Source: Bdellovibrionia bacterium
Lineage (GTDB): Bacteria > Bdellovibrionota > UBA1018
DNA length: 31,970 nt
Assembly: GCA_045805065.1 (NCBI GenBank)
Contig: JBJMMA010000145.1
Location: 1 to 31,970 of the forward strand
Reading direction: 5' to 3'
Part shown: piece by piece, positions 1 to 8,532 of the stretch
Numbering within the stretch: the stretch's first letter is position 1
Layout of the letters: every line of letters begins with the position of its first letter
Notes under the pieces: model-generated
What the model was told of the DNA's origin: nothing
Database searches by the model: none
The model's input: only the letters and a program-made list of their open reading frames with translations
Program-made: the position numbers and the translations under genes

Positions 1-1055
1 AAATAATTCCCAAAAAGAATCACAACCGAAAACTGATTCATGATTCTTTGCTTGATTCGCTCAAGGCCATAGTGCTCTTCATCGAGCACCTGCCTTGCGT
101 GATCGAGATCCAGATGATCCACGCTTGCGCCCGAGGATTTTTTCCAAGGCAGTGAGCACAGCCAATCCAGATAGTTCCGAATGACATGAGCATCTGGCGC
201 TTGAGGTCCGATCGAATCCAAACGTCGGAGTTCCGCTTCGGCTGCTTTCCGGACATCGTCAGGCATTTCTGCCTTGGCGATTTTGTCCTGATAATCATCT
301 GAAGCAGGCGCTTCTTCGCCCAGTTCCTCACGGATCGTCCGCATTTGCTCTCTGAGCAAAGCTTCGCGTTGCGATTTCCCGATATTCCTCGAGAGCTTCC
401 TTTGGATTTCCGTCTCGATTTGAAGAGTATCGCGTCGCTTTTGAACCAGCTCAAGCAAGCGCAGCAAGCGCGCTTTTACTGAAGTCTCGGCCAGGATCTC
501 TTGTTTGACCTCGACCGGAGAGTCCAGGTAATGCGCTGTCAGATGCGTCAAATAAGCAGGATCTTCAATCTGCTTGATGATCTCACCGACACCTTCGGCT
601 TCTCCTGAGAGAAGCTCGATGACTTGCAAAGCCAGCTCTTTCAGGCTGTCAAAGAGAACCTTGACGGTTTCCGGATCTTCTTCATGACGATCGGGTAAAG
701 TGAAGCCTTCAGCCGATAGCCATGTCTTTTCGTTTTTACCAGGCTGTTCATTTTTAAACACCTGAACTTGAAAACGCGCAATGCCGCGCGCCACGACCTG
801 ATAACCCTTTTCAGGGCTGCCTGTCATGCGTTCAATTTTAACAATAGTTCCGACACGATGCAGATCTTCAGCCGTCGGCTGATCGCGCCGCGGGTCAACT
901 TGCGAAACGGCGAGCAATTGCCCGTCTTTCTGCTGAGCGACTCGTTTGAGCGCCTCGACGCTTCCCTCTCGTTTAACAAGGAAGGATGCGACCATACCAG
1001 GGAAAATCACAGCGTTTCGAATGGGTAATACTGGCAAGATTTTTGATGTGTCCAT
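1..1055 (-). CDS. lon: ATP-dependent Lon protease, N-terminal part (runs off left edge; not in ORF track)
   Basis: Manual translation from ATG 1055: MDTSKILPVLPIRNAVIFPGM...EDLHRVGTIVKI...RNYLDWLCSLPW...ARQVLDEEHYGLERIKQRI, all hallmark LonA segments. Start and end segments are in the same frame. Confidence 0.95.
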   Translation of the reverse strand, partial: MDTSKILPVLPIRNAVIFPGMVASFLVKREGSVEALKRVAQQKDGQLLAVSQVDPRRDQPTAEDLHRVGTIVKIERMTGSPEKGYQVVARGIARFQVQVFKNEQPGKNEKTWLSAEGFTLPDRHEEDPETVKVLFDSLKELALQVIELLSGEAEGVGEIIKQIEDPAYLTHLTAHYLDSPVEVKQEILAETSVKARLLRLLELVQKRRDTLQIETEIQRKLSRNIGKSQREALLREQMRTIREELGEEAPASDDYQDKIAKAEMPDDVRKAAEAELRRLDSIGPQAPDAHVIRNYLDWLCSLPWKKSSGASVDHLDLDHARQVLDEEHYGLERIKQRIMNQFSVVILFGNY

Positions 1056-1065
1056 TGTGGTCTAA

Positions 1066-1093
1066 AGATGGGGACGAGCGATCCCTTGTCAAG
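1066..1093 (-). promoter_or_regulatory. sigma32 (RpoH)-type heat-shock promoter of lon
   Basis: Minus strand reads CTTGACA-13 nt-CCCCATCT, 10 nt before the lon ATG, matching the CTTGAA-N13-15-CCCCATnT consensus. Confidence 0.7.
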
Positions 1094-1122
1094 AAACCGG
1101 CAAGGGCGCGGCGGAAAAAATC

Positions 1123-2052
1123 ATGAAAGCTAAAACAATTCGGCACTATGGAGGCCCGGAAGTCCTGACTCTCGAAGAGGTCGGACGGCCAGACCCTGGC
1201 GAGCATGAGATTGTCATTCGCGTGCGAGCTGCAGGGGTGAACCCGATCGATTGGAAAGTGCGCGAAGGAGAAATGAAAGAGTCTGGCTTTCATCAATTGC
1301 CATTGATCCCAGGTTGGGACGTTGCGGGCGAGGTTGATCAGATTGGACAAGGTGTCACCCGCTTTGCGGTAGGCGATTCGGTTTACGCTCTGCTCAATTT
1401 GAAAGACAACGGAAGCTATGCTGAATACGCCATCACATCAGACGCCTGTGTTGCACTGAAACCTGAGACGCTCGACTTTATCATGGCCGCAAGCGTTCCC
1501 ATGGCAGCACTTACGGCCTACGAAGCGCTCGACAAAATGAATATTCAAAAAGGCGATCGAGTACTGATTCATGGCGCAGCGGGCTCTGTGGGAAGCTTTG
1601 CCGTACAACTCGCCTATCTGCGCGGAGCCTATGTGATTGGTGTTGCCTCGAGCGGTGACTCAGCCTTTCTCTCAAGCCTAGGCGCAGAAGAGGCCCTGGC
1701 TTATGACTCTGCTCCGTTTGAGCATCTGGTTGAGAATGTTGACGCCGTCCTCGATGTGATTGGTGGCGATATTCTTCAAAGATCCTGGAGAGTCTTGAAA
1801 CCCGGCGGAGTCCTGGTTTCAACCGTCGAAGAGCCGCAACCCACCCAGGAAGCTCAGGCCCGAAGCAATCGCAGCGAGATGATTCTTGTCTCTCCGAGCG
1901 GCACATTACTCACTGAAATCGCAAGGCTCATTGACTCAGGCCAGATCAAGGTCAGAGTCAGCGCCGTGATGCCTTTGAATGAAGCTGAAAAGGCGCAGGA
2001 GCTGGCGCGCTCTTATCATCATCGAGGAAAAGTCGTCTTACATGTCGCTTAG
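1123..2052 (+). CDS. NADP-dependent oxidoreductase, MDR/quinone oxidoreductase family
   Basis: MKA..YGGPEVL, AAGVNPIDWK, IPGWDVAG, VLIHGAAGSVG nucleotide-binding motif, C-terminal RGKVVL. Confidence 0.93.
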   Translation: MKAKTIRHYGGPEVLTLEEVGRPDPGEHEIVIRVRAAGVNPIDWKVREGEMKESGFHQLPLIPGWDVAGEVDQIGQGVTRFAVGDSVYALLNLKDNGSYAEYAITSDACVALKPETLDFIMAASVPMAALTAYEALDKMNIQKGDRVLIHGAAGSVGSFAVQLAYLRGAYVIGVASSGDSAFLSSLGAEEALAYDSAPFEHLVENVDAVLDVIGGDILQRSWRVLKPGGVLVSTVEEPQPTQEAQARSNRSEMILVSPSGTLLTEIARLIDSGQIKVRVSAVMPLNEAEKAQELARSYHHRGKVVLHVA

Positions 2053-2075
2053 GCAGGTGGCCTAAAGGTAAAACA

Positions 2076-3038
2076 ATGAACTCAGATCCGTACTCTGTCT
2101 TAGGTGTATCCCCTACCGCAACTCAGGAAGAGATCCGGAACGCTTATCGAAAGCTTGCCAAATCCCTCCACCCGGATCTGAACCCGGGAAACAAACAGGC
2201 CGAACAACGCTTCAAAGAAGTCGCTGCAGCTTACGAACTCATTGGCGATGAGAAAAAGCGCAAGGCTTACGAAGAATCAAAAGCCCAAAGGGCCGCCGAA
2301 GAAGAAGCCATGCGCGCACGGCAGAACGCAGATGCCCGGCATTTCTATTACGAAACGCAAGGACCCGAGTTTGAGAGCGGCTATTCCCAAGGGTTTTCGT
2401 TTGAAGATCTGTTTGGCGAAGCACTTCGAGGCAGGGCTCGCGGAGGCGCTCGCACGGGCGGAGGCCCCCGCACTCAACCCGGTCCCATTCCGGGTGAAGA
2501 CGAATACTATCGAATGGATGTTGAACTTGGCGATATCATCAAAGGCGCGGAACGCGACCTCACTCTCCCCAACGGGAAACATATCCGAGTGAAGATCCCT
2601 GCCGGGGTGGCCGAGGGCATGAAGCTCCGCTTTGCCGGCCAAGGCGGCCCTGGATTTCAGGGTGGGCCTCCTGGAGATGCCTACGTTGAGCTATCCATCA
2701 AACCTTCCGCAGAATTCAAGCGCGAGGGAAATGATCTTGAGATGGAGCTTCCGATCACTTTATCCGAAGCCGTGAACGGCGGAGAAATCCGCGTCCCTAC
2801 TCTGGATGGAAACGTGATGCTCAGAGTGCCCGGCGGCATCAGCTCCGGCACACGGCTTCGCATTCGCGGAAAAGGCATTCCCGTTCGTGGAAAGTCCGGC
2901 GAGCGCGGCAACCTTTACGTGAAGACTAAAATCGTTCTTCCTTCGGGGCTTGATGATGAGCTCAAGAAGGCAGTCTTAGAATTCGAGAAAAGACATCCTT
3001 ACGATCCAAGATCCGATCTTGGCTCCAAGGCAGCCTAA
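2076..3038 (+). CDS. cbpA: DnaJ-class co-chaperone, CbpA-like (no zinc finger)
   Basis: J domain with HPD (AYRKLAKSLHPDLN), G/F-rich linker, DnaJ C-terminal domains, no CxxCxGxG repeats; followed by a cbpM-like gene. Confidence 0.88.
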   Translation: MNSDPYSVLGVSPTATQEEIRNAYRKLAKSLHPDLNPGNKQAEQRFKEVAAAYELIGDEKKRKAYEESKAQRAAEEEAMRARQNADARHFYYETQGPEFESGYSQGFSFEDLFGEALRGRARGGARTGGGPRTQPGPIPGEDEYYRMDVELGDIIKGAERDLTLPNGKHIRVKIPAGVAEGMKLRFAGQGGPGFQGGPPGDAYVELSIKPSAEFKREGNDLEMELPITLSEAVNGGEIRVPTLDGNVMLRVPGGISSGTRLRIRGKGIPVRGKSGERGNLYVKTKIVLPSGLDDELKKAVLEFEKRHPYDPRSDLGSKAA

Positions 3039-3064
3039 CGGAACAAACCCAAGCGAGAGAACCT

Positions 3065-3358
3065 ATGCCGATCAAAACGATGCCGAAAAATTTGAATGAG
3101 GCCTGCAGCGAATCAGGAGTGAACCGCGAGGTGATCCTGAGCTACGTCGAAAAACAGTGGATTCATGCCACCGAGGAGACGGGCTGGATGGACGAGGACA
3201 TTCGCCGCGCTCACTTGATTATCGAGCTTCAGCGCGACTTCGGAGTCAACGACGAGGCTGTGCCGATCATTCTGCATTTGATCGATCAGCTCCACGCCAT
3301 GCATCGCACCTTGAAGAAACTTGATCTGGAAAAAATTGCCGACATCTCGCTCAAATGA
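3065..3358 (+). CDS. cbpM: Chaperone modulator CbpM-like (MerR-type)
   Basis: 97 aa, ELQRDFGVNDEAVPIILHLIDQLH motif, directly downstream of cbpA. Confidence 0.85.
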   Translation: MPIKTMPKNLNEACSESGVNREVILSYVEKQWIHATEETGWMDEDIRRAHLIIELQRDFGVNDEAVPIILHLIDQLHAMHRTLKKLDLEKIADISLK

Positions 3359-3511
3359 ACCCAAAATTGGCCCGCTTTTTAGATCGGATCCGAAACTGGT
3401 GGCGAGGATCTCGCCGTCCCCATTGGTGCTCAATCCATCATTGCGAATACAACGCGGAATTTTTCAAGGAATGCCCCCGCTGCTTCAGCGAAGAAGGCCC
3501 CTTTCATCATT

Positions 3512-3552
3512 AAAACTTTTAAAAACTTTTAGGCGCCAAAACTTAAGGCGCC
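3512..3552. repeat. Short imperfect tandem repeats at the TolC stop codon
   Basis: AAAACTTTT-A-AAAACTTTTAGGCGCC-AAAACTTAAGGCGCC read directly. Confidence 0.6.
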
Positions 3553-4931
3553 TTACGGAACCACTCTGGGAAGCTGAAAGCGGAGCTTTGAATGGTAGGC
3601 TCAGCAGGTGCTCCGATCCAGGCGTTCATGCCAGCGGTACTCTCCAGACGTAAGTAATCAAGTTTTGTCGTGAAGATCTGCTGATCCAGCGCACGCTCAC
3701 TCTCCTGGTAGGAGATCAGGGCATTCAGAACATCCAGGTTCGTCACAAGTCCTAAGCGATAATCGGTCAACTCTGCTTTTAGATTTCGCTCATTGGCAAG
3801 TTTGCTTCCGCGCAAGGCTTCTACCTGCTGCTGATCCGCCGCATAGGTGCGATAGGCGGCACGGATCTGCTCATCCGCCTGACGGCGCGCAAGGCTCATA
3901 TTGAGCTCGTACTGATGGATCTGAGATGCAGCCTGCCTTACGCTCGAATCAATCGCTCCTCCGGCATAAAGAGGAAAAGTTGCCAAAAACTGAATATCCC
4001 ATCCGACATTGGCCGTGGCGCCAAAGCGATGCAGATAGTAGTTTCCAGTAAAGTCAGCTGAAGGAAGATAAGCACCCTTGGCAATCGCCAGGGACTCCTC
4101 CGTTGCATTGAGCCTGATCTTGTTTGCGGCCACGTCCGGGCGCTGCTCAACACCGTTAATGTAGTACTCAACGGGCGGAACATTTCTCAAAAGAGGCTGA
4201 TCATCCGTTAGAGGCGTCTCTGCCGGCATGCCCGTCAGAAAAGCATAAAGCTCGCGGGCCACGTTCAACTGTCCCTTGGCACTCTCAATCTGTGCGCGAA
4301 GCCCAGCCAGCGACGCCTGAACGGTCAGGACTTCACTTTCACGGGAACGCCCGATGCGTACGCGTTGACGAAGTTCCTTGATGCGATTCTCGTATGCGCC
4401 AGTCTCGGAGTTATAGTTCGCGAGCGTTTTTTCCAGTCCCAGAACCGTATAGAAGTTCTGAACCACATCGTTGAAAAGGAGCGTGCGCGCCTGGCGCTCG
4501 TCCTGTTGGGAGGCCTGAGTCAGTTTCTGACTCTGCCTCAGCCCTGCAAATTCTCTGAACCCACGGAACAAGACCTGGGTTCCCTGGATTTTAAGCAAAG
4601 GTTGCCCGCCTGGATAAAGAGCGCTTGAGGCATTATCAGGTTGCTCCTGGCGAAGGTATGAGCCAACCACGCTGACATTCGGAAGAATCGCACCGATTGC
4701 CTGACGATACCGCTCTTCGGCCTGATTGATCAGTTCGATATCAATTCCAATCGTTTCCGAGCGCTTGATCGCAGCTTGATAACTGCTCAGAAGCGTTTGT
4801 CTCTCCGGCAAAGGCTGCGGGCTGGCGAAGGCTTGCTCACTCACCCATTCAGAATTAAATAGGCCCGAAATAAAAACTGCGGAGAACAAAATTAAAGAAG
4901 AGAGAAACGCCAGGTTCGTTTTCATTTTCAT
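3543..4931 (-). CDS. TolC-family outer-membrane efflux protein
   Basis: Signal peptide, two OEP-like repeats (GAILPNVS; KGAYLPSADF; FPLYAGG; YRLGLVTNLDVLNA). Confidence 0.9.
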   Translation of the reverse strand: MKMKTNLAFLSSLILFSAVFISGLFNSEWVSEQAFASPQPLPERQTLLSSYQAAIKRSETIGIDIELINQAEERYRQAIGAILPNVSVVGSYLRQEQPDNASSALYPGGQPLLKIQGTQVLFRGFREFAGLRQSQKLTQASQQDERQARTLLFNDVVQNFYTVLGLEKTLANYNSETGAYENRIKELRQRVRIGRSRESEVLTVQASLAGLRAQIESAKGQLNVARELYAFLTGMPAETPLTDDQPLLRNVPPVEYYINGVEQRPDVAANKIRLNATEESLAIAKGAYLPSADFTGNYYLHRFGATANVGWDIQFLATFPLYAGGAIDSSVRQAASQIHQYELNMSLARRQADEQIRAAYRTYAADQQQVEALRGSKLANERNLKAELTDYRLGLVTNLDVLNALISYQESERALDQQIFTTKLDYLRLESTAGMNAWIGAPAEPTIQSSAFSFPEWFRKAP

Positions 4932-4966
4932 AGCGATGAATCTATCTCACTTGAGCTTACATGGAC

Positions 4967-5314
4967 TTAAATGGGTTGGCGAGAGCCGACTACTGAGTTC
5001 TCCCAATTGTGATTCGCTCGCTGAAGATTGTCATCGAGATTCTTTTCAAACTTTCTTTTCGCATCGGCGCTACCAAAATAGTAGGTCTTACCATCGTGCT
5101 GCATGACATAGCGGTCATCGCCGAAATGAACCTTCCCTTCCGCTAAGGCCATCGCACACTCGCCATCAAACTCGGCCACGTATTGGCGATCGGATTTCTT
5201 TTCGACCACCACCATGTCCTGTTCTGAGCGACGCTTTGCGTCCGATGCACACCCAGAAACAAGGCCAGAAACCGAGATAAAAACGAAAAAAACGGAGAAC
5301 GCGAACCTGGTCAT
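4967..5314 (-). CDS. YHS-domain lipoprotein
   Basis: Lipobox LVSGC; FDGECAMALAEG...HDGKTYYFGSADAKRKFEKN is YHS-like. Start 5314 chosen for upstream GAGG (alternative 5329). Confidence 0.75.
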   Translation of the reverse strand: MTRFAFSVFFVFISVSGLVSGCASDAKRRSEQDMVVVEKKSDRQYVAEFDGECAMALAEGKVHFGDDRYVMQHDGKTYYFGSADAKRKFEKNLDDNLQRANHNWENSVVGSRQPI

Positions 5315-5486
5315 AGGAGAACCTCTCATGACTCAGTTCGTAGCTTTTTTCGTACCGCGCCAGCCGGTAGCTTCAAACCGGATTAATCCGTGCTCGTCCC
5401 AATTATCGCAACGCGCCAGCGCAGAGGTCGCTTGAGTTTGAAATGTTTCACCGTGCTAATGCCAATTGATAGACAAGGAGCGCCAC

Positions 5487-5537
5487 ATGAAAAATTCTTC
5501 ATTCATCGCTCTTCTCTTGACTCCGATTTACACTTAA
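5487..5537 (+). pseudogene. Possible truncated gene stub (MKNSSFIALLLTPIYT*)
   Basis: AAGGAG RBS 6 nt before ATG, signal-peptide-like start, stops after 16 codons next to the toxin-antitoxin module. Confidence 0.35.
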
Positions 5538-5550
5538 TTTGGATATCAGA

Positions 5551-5847
5551 CTAGGAAGCCTTCTCAACAACTAGCTTTGTCCTGAGGCCAAATGGCTTGA
5601 GTAGAGCATCCAATGTCTCGGGCTTCACATTGCGCTTCGCCTTGAGAAACGAGTTCACATTTTGCTTGCTCATCTTGGCGCGCGAACAGAACTCGACGAC
5701 ACCCATCTTTTGAATGGTTAGACGAAGCGCCTCATCTAATTCAAGCCCATCTTTTCCCTCGATCAGATCCAGAAGGAACCCTTGGGCAAACTCAGGATCT
5801 CGAAGATCCTTTGCCAAGTCTTCGTCATAGGAATTATTGCGATACAT
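5551..5847 (-). CDS. Antitoxin, HTH (HigA-like/addiction module antidote type)
   Basis: YDEDLAKDLRDPEFA..., HTH ending NVKPETLDALLKPFGLR; overlaps the toxin 3' end by 14 nt. Confidence 0.85.
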   Translation of the reverse strand: MYRNNSYDEDLAKDLRDPEFAQGFLLDLIEGKDGLELDEALRLTIQKMGVVEFCSRAKMSKQNVNSFLKAKRNVKPETLDALLKPFGLRTKLVVEKAS

Positions 5848-6151
5848 ACTTACTCCAATATTCCTTGGCCTGTCGGATATCCCGAAACTGGCTGCTCTTG
5901 TCTCCGCCTACGAGAAGCAGAATCAATTCTCGGGAAGCCTCACCAAAATAGATCCTGTATCCTGGTCCATAATCGACTTTAATTTCAAAAATGCCATCGC
6001 CGAGTGATCGAACATTCTTCTTAGCTCCACCTGCAGCAAGACGAATGATAAACGCATGGATTTTCCGTCTACTCACCTTGTCCAGAGCTTGAAGCCATTC
6101 TCTAAAAGGCTCTCGGCCTGCCTCGGTCTGAAAATACTCAACGCGCCTCAA
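5834..6151 (-). CDS. Type II toxin, RelE/ParE superfamily (HigB-like addiction module killer)
   Basis: EPFREWLQAL, GDGIFEIKVDYGPGYRIYF, LLVGGDKSSQFRDIRQAKEYW; TTG start with AAGGAG; toxin-first gene order. Confidence 0.92.
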   Translation of the reverse strand: MRRVEYFQTEAGREPFREWLQALDKVSRRKIHAFIIRLAAGGAKKNVRSLGDGIFEIKVDYGPGYRIYFGEASRELILLLVGGDKSSQFRDIRQAKEYWSKYVSQ

Positions 6152-6163
6152 GCGTTACTCCTT

Positions 6164-6192
6164 AAGGTAATATATTTGTTTTACCTTGTCAA
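6164..6192 (-). promoter_or_regulatory. sigma70 promoter and palindromic operator of the TA operon
   Basis: Minus strand TTGACA-17 nt-TACCTT; inverted repeat AAGGTAA-N10-TTACCTT (6164-6187) spans the spacer and -10. Confidence 0.75.
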
Positions 6193-6328
6193 ATCTGTAT
6201 ATTAGTAGCTGACAGGCGCTAACGAGCAGGAGTCATACTCAGGAAATGTCGCTATAATCGAGATCGATCCGAAATGCGTTCAAAGATAGCACTGGACCTA
6301 CGGTTCTCGGATCAAGCTACTGCGAATG

Positions 6329-7165
6329 TTACAAGTCGCGTCCCAATCCGAAGAGATCGAGTGCGTAGCAGTAAACCGCTTCGTCCTTGGAGTCCTTGAC
6401 GATGGCTCGCACCTGTTCCATGGCCCGAACCAAGGTCTCACGTACTTTCGGGAGATCATCACGAGATACGCTTACGACTCCTGAGTAGTGAAGCTCCTGC
6501 GGCGTCTCGCGCTCCAGAGATCGCATCGCCTGAAGCCTCCAATTCGTGTGATGCTTGGAGATCATGGGTGAATCATGCGCCAGATGGATTCGAACATCTC
6601 CAGCCGAGAGTCTCCCCTTCTCGTTTTTCACAAGCCCTACTGAGCTCAGAAAATCGAGGATCTCAACTGTTTTAGAAACGCTGATATCAAAATACTTTGC
6701 GATCGCTCCAGGAGACCTGAGAGATGGATTAAGCACCGCCATATGAACAGCACAGTAAGCCCAATGGCTGTAATAAGTCGATTGATGCTCAGGCGAGAGA
6801 GCCCTCTTGTCAGTAAAACGATTTTTGAGCTGCAACCTTTGATTCAACACCTTCTGAATTTGCTGCTCAAAGTATTTTTTGAGCGAATGCGTTCCTGCTC
6901 GTGCGTGTTCAACAAGAAGTATGAAAAAATGAGCTTCTTCCTCGCCATGCTCAAGGAGTCCATTGAGCGACTCTGCTTGCTCGAGATTGAATTGAGAGTC
7001 TCCAGTCAAAACCTGCGAGATATAGGCAAGATGGCAACGGGCCTGCTCCGCGATACGAGACTTTACGCCTCGCCCCCCATTGGGTTGCGACGCAATCCAC
7101 TCGTTTAAATAAAGCTTATAGTCCTGAAACTCGAATACGACGGGACGCGGTGCCGGTTTTGCCAT
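6329..7165 (-). CDS. TIGR02147/DUF4423-family protein (putative HTH regulator)
   Basis: VFEFQDYKLYL, AYISQVLTG HTH-like segment, YYSHWAYCAVH, HHTNWRLQA, C-terminal VYCYALDLF; 278 aa is typical for the family. Confidence 0.85.
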   Translation of the reverse strand: MAKPAPRPVVFEFQDYKLYLNEWIASQPNGGRGVKSRIAEQARCHLAYISQVLTGDSQFNLEQAESLNGLLEHGEEEAHFFILLVEHARAGTHSLKKYFEQQIQKVLNQRLQLKNRFTDKRALSPEHQSTYYSHWAYCAVHMAVLNPSLRSPGAIAKYFDISVSKTVEILDFLSSVGLVKNEKGRLSAGDVRIHLAHDSPMISKHHTNWRLQAMRSLERETPQELHYSGVVSVSRDDLPKVRETLVRAMEQVRAIVKDSKDEAVYCYALDLFGLGRDL

Positions 7166-7389
7166 ATGTAAATTCTAACTTTAGTATCGGTTTGTTTCTA
7201 AATTTATTCATCCTATCCTCATAACTCACCGCAGCATATAAACCCTTTCGTCAGCACAAAATCCCGGGGAACACGGGCCGCACCCGAAATCACTAGGGTT
7301 TTGTGTTGGCAGACTTTAAACGAACAACGCTTGATCAATTTACTTAGGTATTATAAATAACTCCCGCGGCCCAGAACAAAGGAACTGTT

Positions 7390-8472
7390 ATGAAAAATGC
7401 TCAATCATTTTCTACGCTGTTTACCGGCTTGTTACTGGCGTCCTGTTTTGCTGCAACCATCACCCCTGCACTCGCTGGCAAAGGCGGAGAAACTGGCGGC
7501 GGCGGCGACATCTGCGAAGATCGTTTCAAAACCGTTCGTGATGATATTCGATTTTGGATTGAGAAAGGTGGTTCAGATCACCTTAAGCTGGCGTTCGACC
7601 CCGCAATCCCTCCCTATCGCTCGGCGATGTCAGACAAAATCGTCCGAGCGCAAATCAGCTGCACAAGTGACAAAGTCATGGTGGGCACTTCAGAGAAGAC
7701 CTGCAAAAATTATATCGACCAGAGTGGTACGCCTCGCATTCTATGTAATTCAGCACGCTTCATGGCTACATCGGAGTCAGATCAATACGTGTTAGTCCAC
7801 CACGAGTATGCGGGACTGGCTGGATTGGAGACTCCCGATGGAGAAAGCTCAAACTACGCAATCTCAAATCAGCTCACCGGTTTTCTTGAGGATCAGGTGG
7901 TTAAAAAACTCGCGATTAAACCTGTGTGCGCCGGTTGCCAAGACAAGTTTGCGACTTTCCGTGAACGCTTTAACAACGCTAATCCTGTAAAAAGCGTTCG
8001 AAGTATCGCAGACCATATCTCTCACAGTTCAGGTACAAAAAGACTCATCTTGATTGGTCTTTCGCATCCTCAAGATTTCGAGTCTTACGATATCCTCTAC
8101 ATCGAGCCGACTTCTGAATCCGTCTATTTCGCTCATTGGTATTTGGGTCAGGAGAACCCTGATAAATTGTCCTGCAGAAATGTTTCTATCCTCTATAAAG
8201 ATATCCAGAAACGTAAATCGTGGGCCATGTTTGATGGAGACGAGCTAAGATATTCAAGAAAAGACGATCCATTCCAATACCGAATCACTATCCGAGAGTC
8301 TTGGGATCCCGCGCACCATAAGAGTTACTTTATTGCCAAAAAAGAGAAGATCGTGAACGAAATGTTTCCTCAAGACCCAAGTTCGTGGGTAGAAGATGAT
8401 TACTTCTTCATCGACTATCACGATCACCCAACCCTGTTAACCGACTCCAACTTAGAAGCTTGTGAACTATAG
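7390..8472 (+). CDS. Secreted hypothetical protein (GGETGGGG / LVHHEYAGLAG N-terminal module plus unrelated C-terminal domain)
   Basis: AAGGA RBS, signal peptide ending PALA, 360 aa ORF, downstream terminator. Confidence 0.8.
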   Translation: MKNAQSFSTLFTGLLLASCFAATITPALAGKGGETGGGGDICEDRFKTVRDDIRFWIEKGGSDHLKLAFDPAIPPYRSAMSDKIVRAQISCTSDKVMVGTSEKTCKNYIDQSGTPRILCNSARFMATSESDQYVLVHHEYAGLAGLETPDGESSNYAISNQLTGFLEDQVVKKLAIKPVCAGCQDKFATFRERFNNANPVKSVRSIADHISHSSGTKRLILIGLSHPQDFESYDILYIEPTSESVYFAHWYLGQENPDKLSCRNVSILYKDIQKRKSWAMFDGDELRYSRKDDPFQYRITIRESWDPAHHKSYFIAKKEKIVNEMFPQDPSSWVEDDYFFIDYHDHPTLLTDSNLEACEL

Positions 8473-8486
8473 ATAGACCGATCAAG

Positions 8487-8514
8487 AAGAACCGCTTTCA
8501 AAGGCGGTTCTTTT
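8487..8514 (+). terminator. Rho-independent terminator
   Basis: AAGAACCGC-tttcaaag-GCGGTTCTT then TT, 14 nt after the stop codon. Confidence 0.75.
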
Positions 8515-8532
8515 CGCCTAATGAGGTGTTCC

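Noticed and set aside
38..454. 138-aa minus-strand ORF, plus ORFs 768-1028 and 973-1350
   Set aside because: Alternative frames over lon and the MDR gene; the real frame is the lon ORF from 1055.
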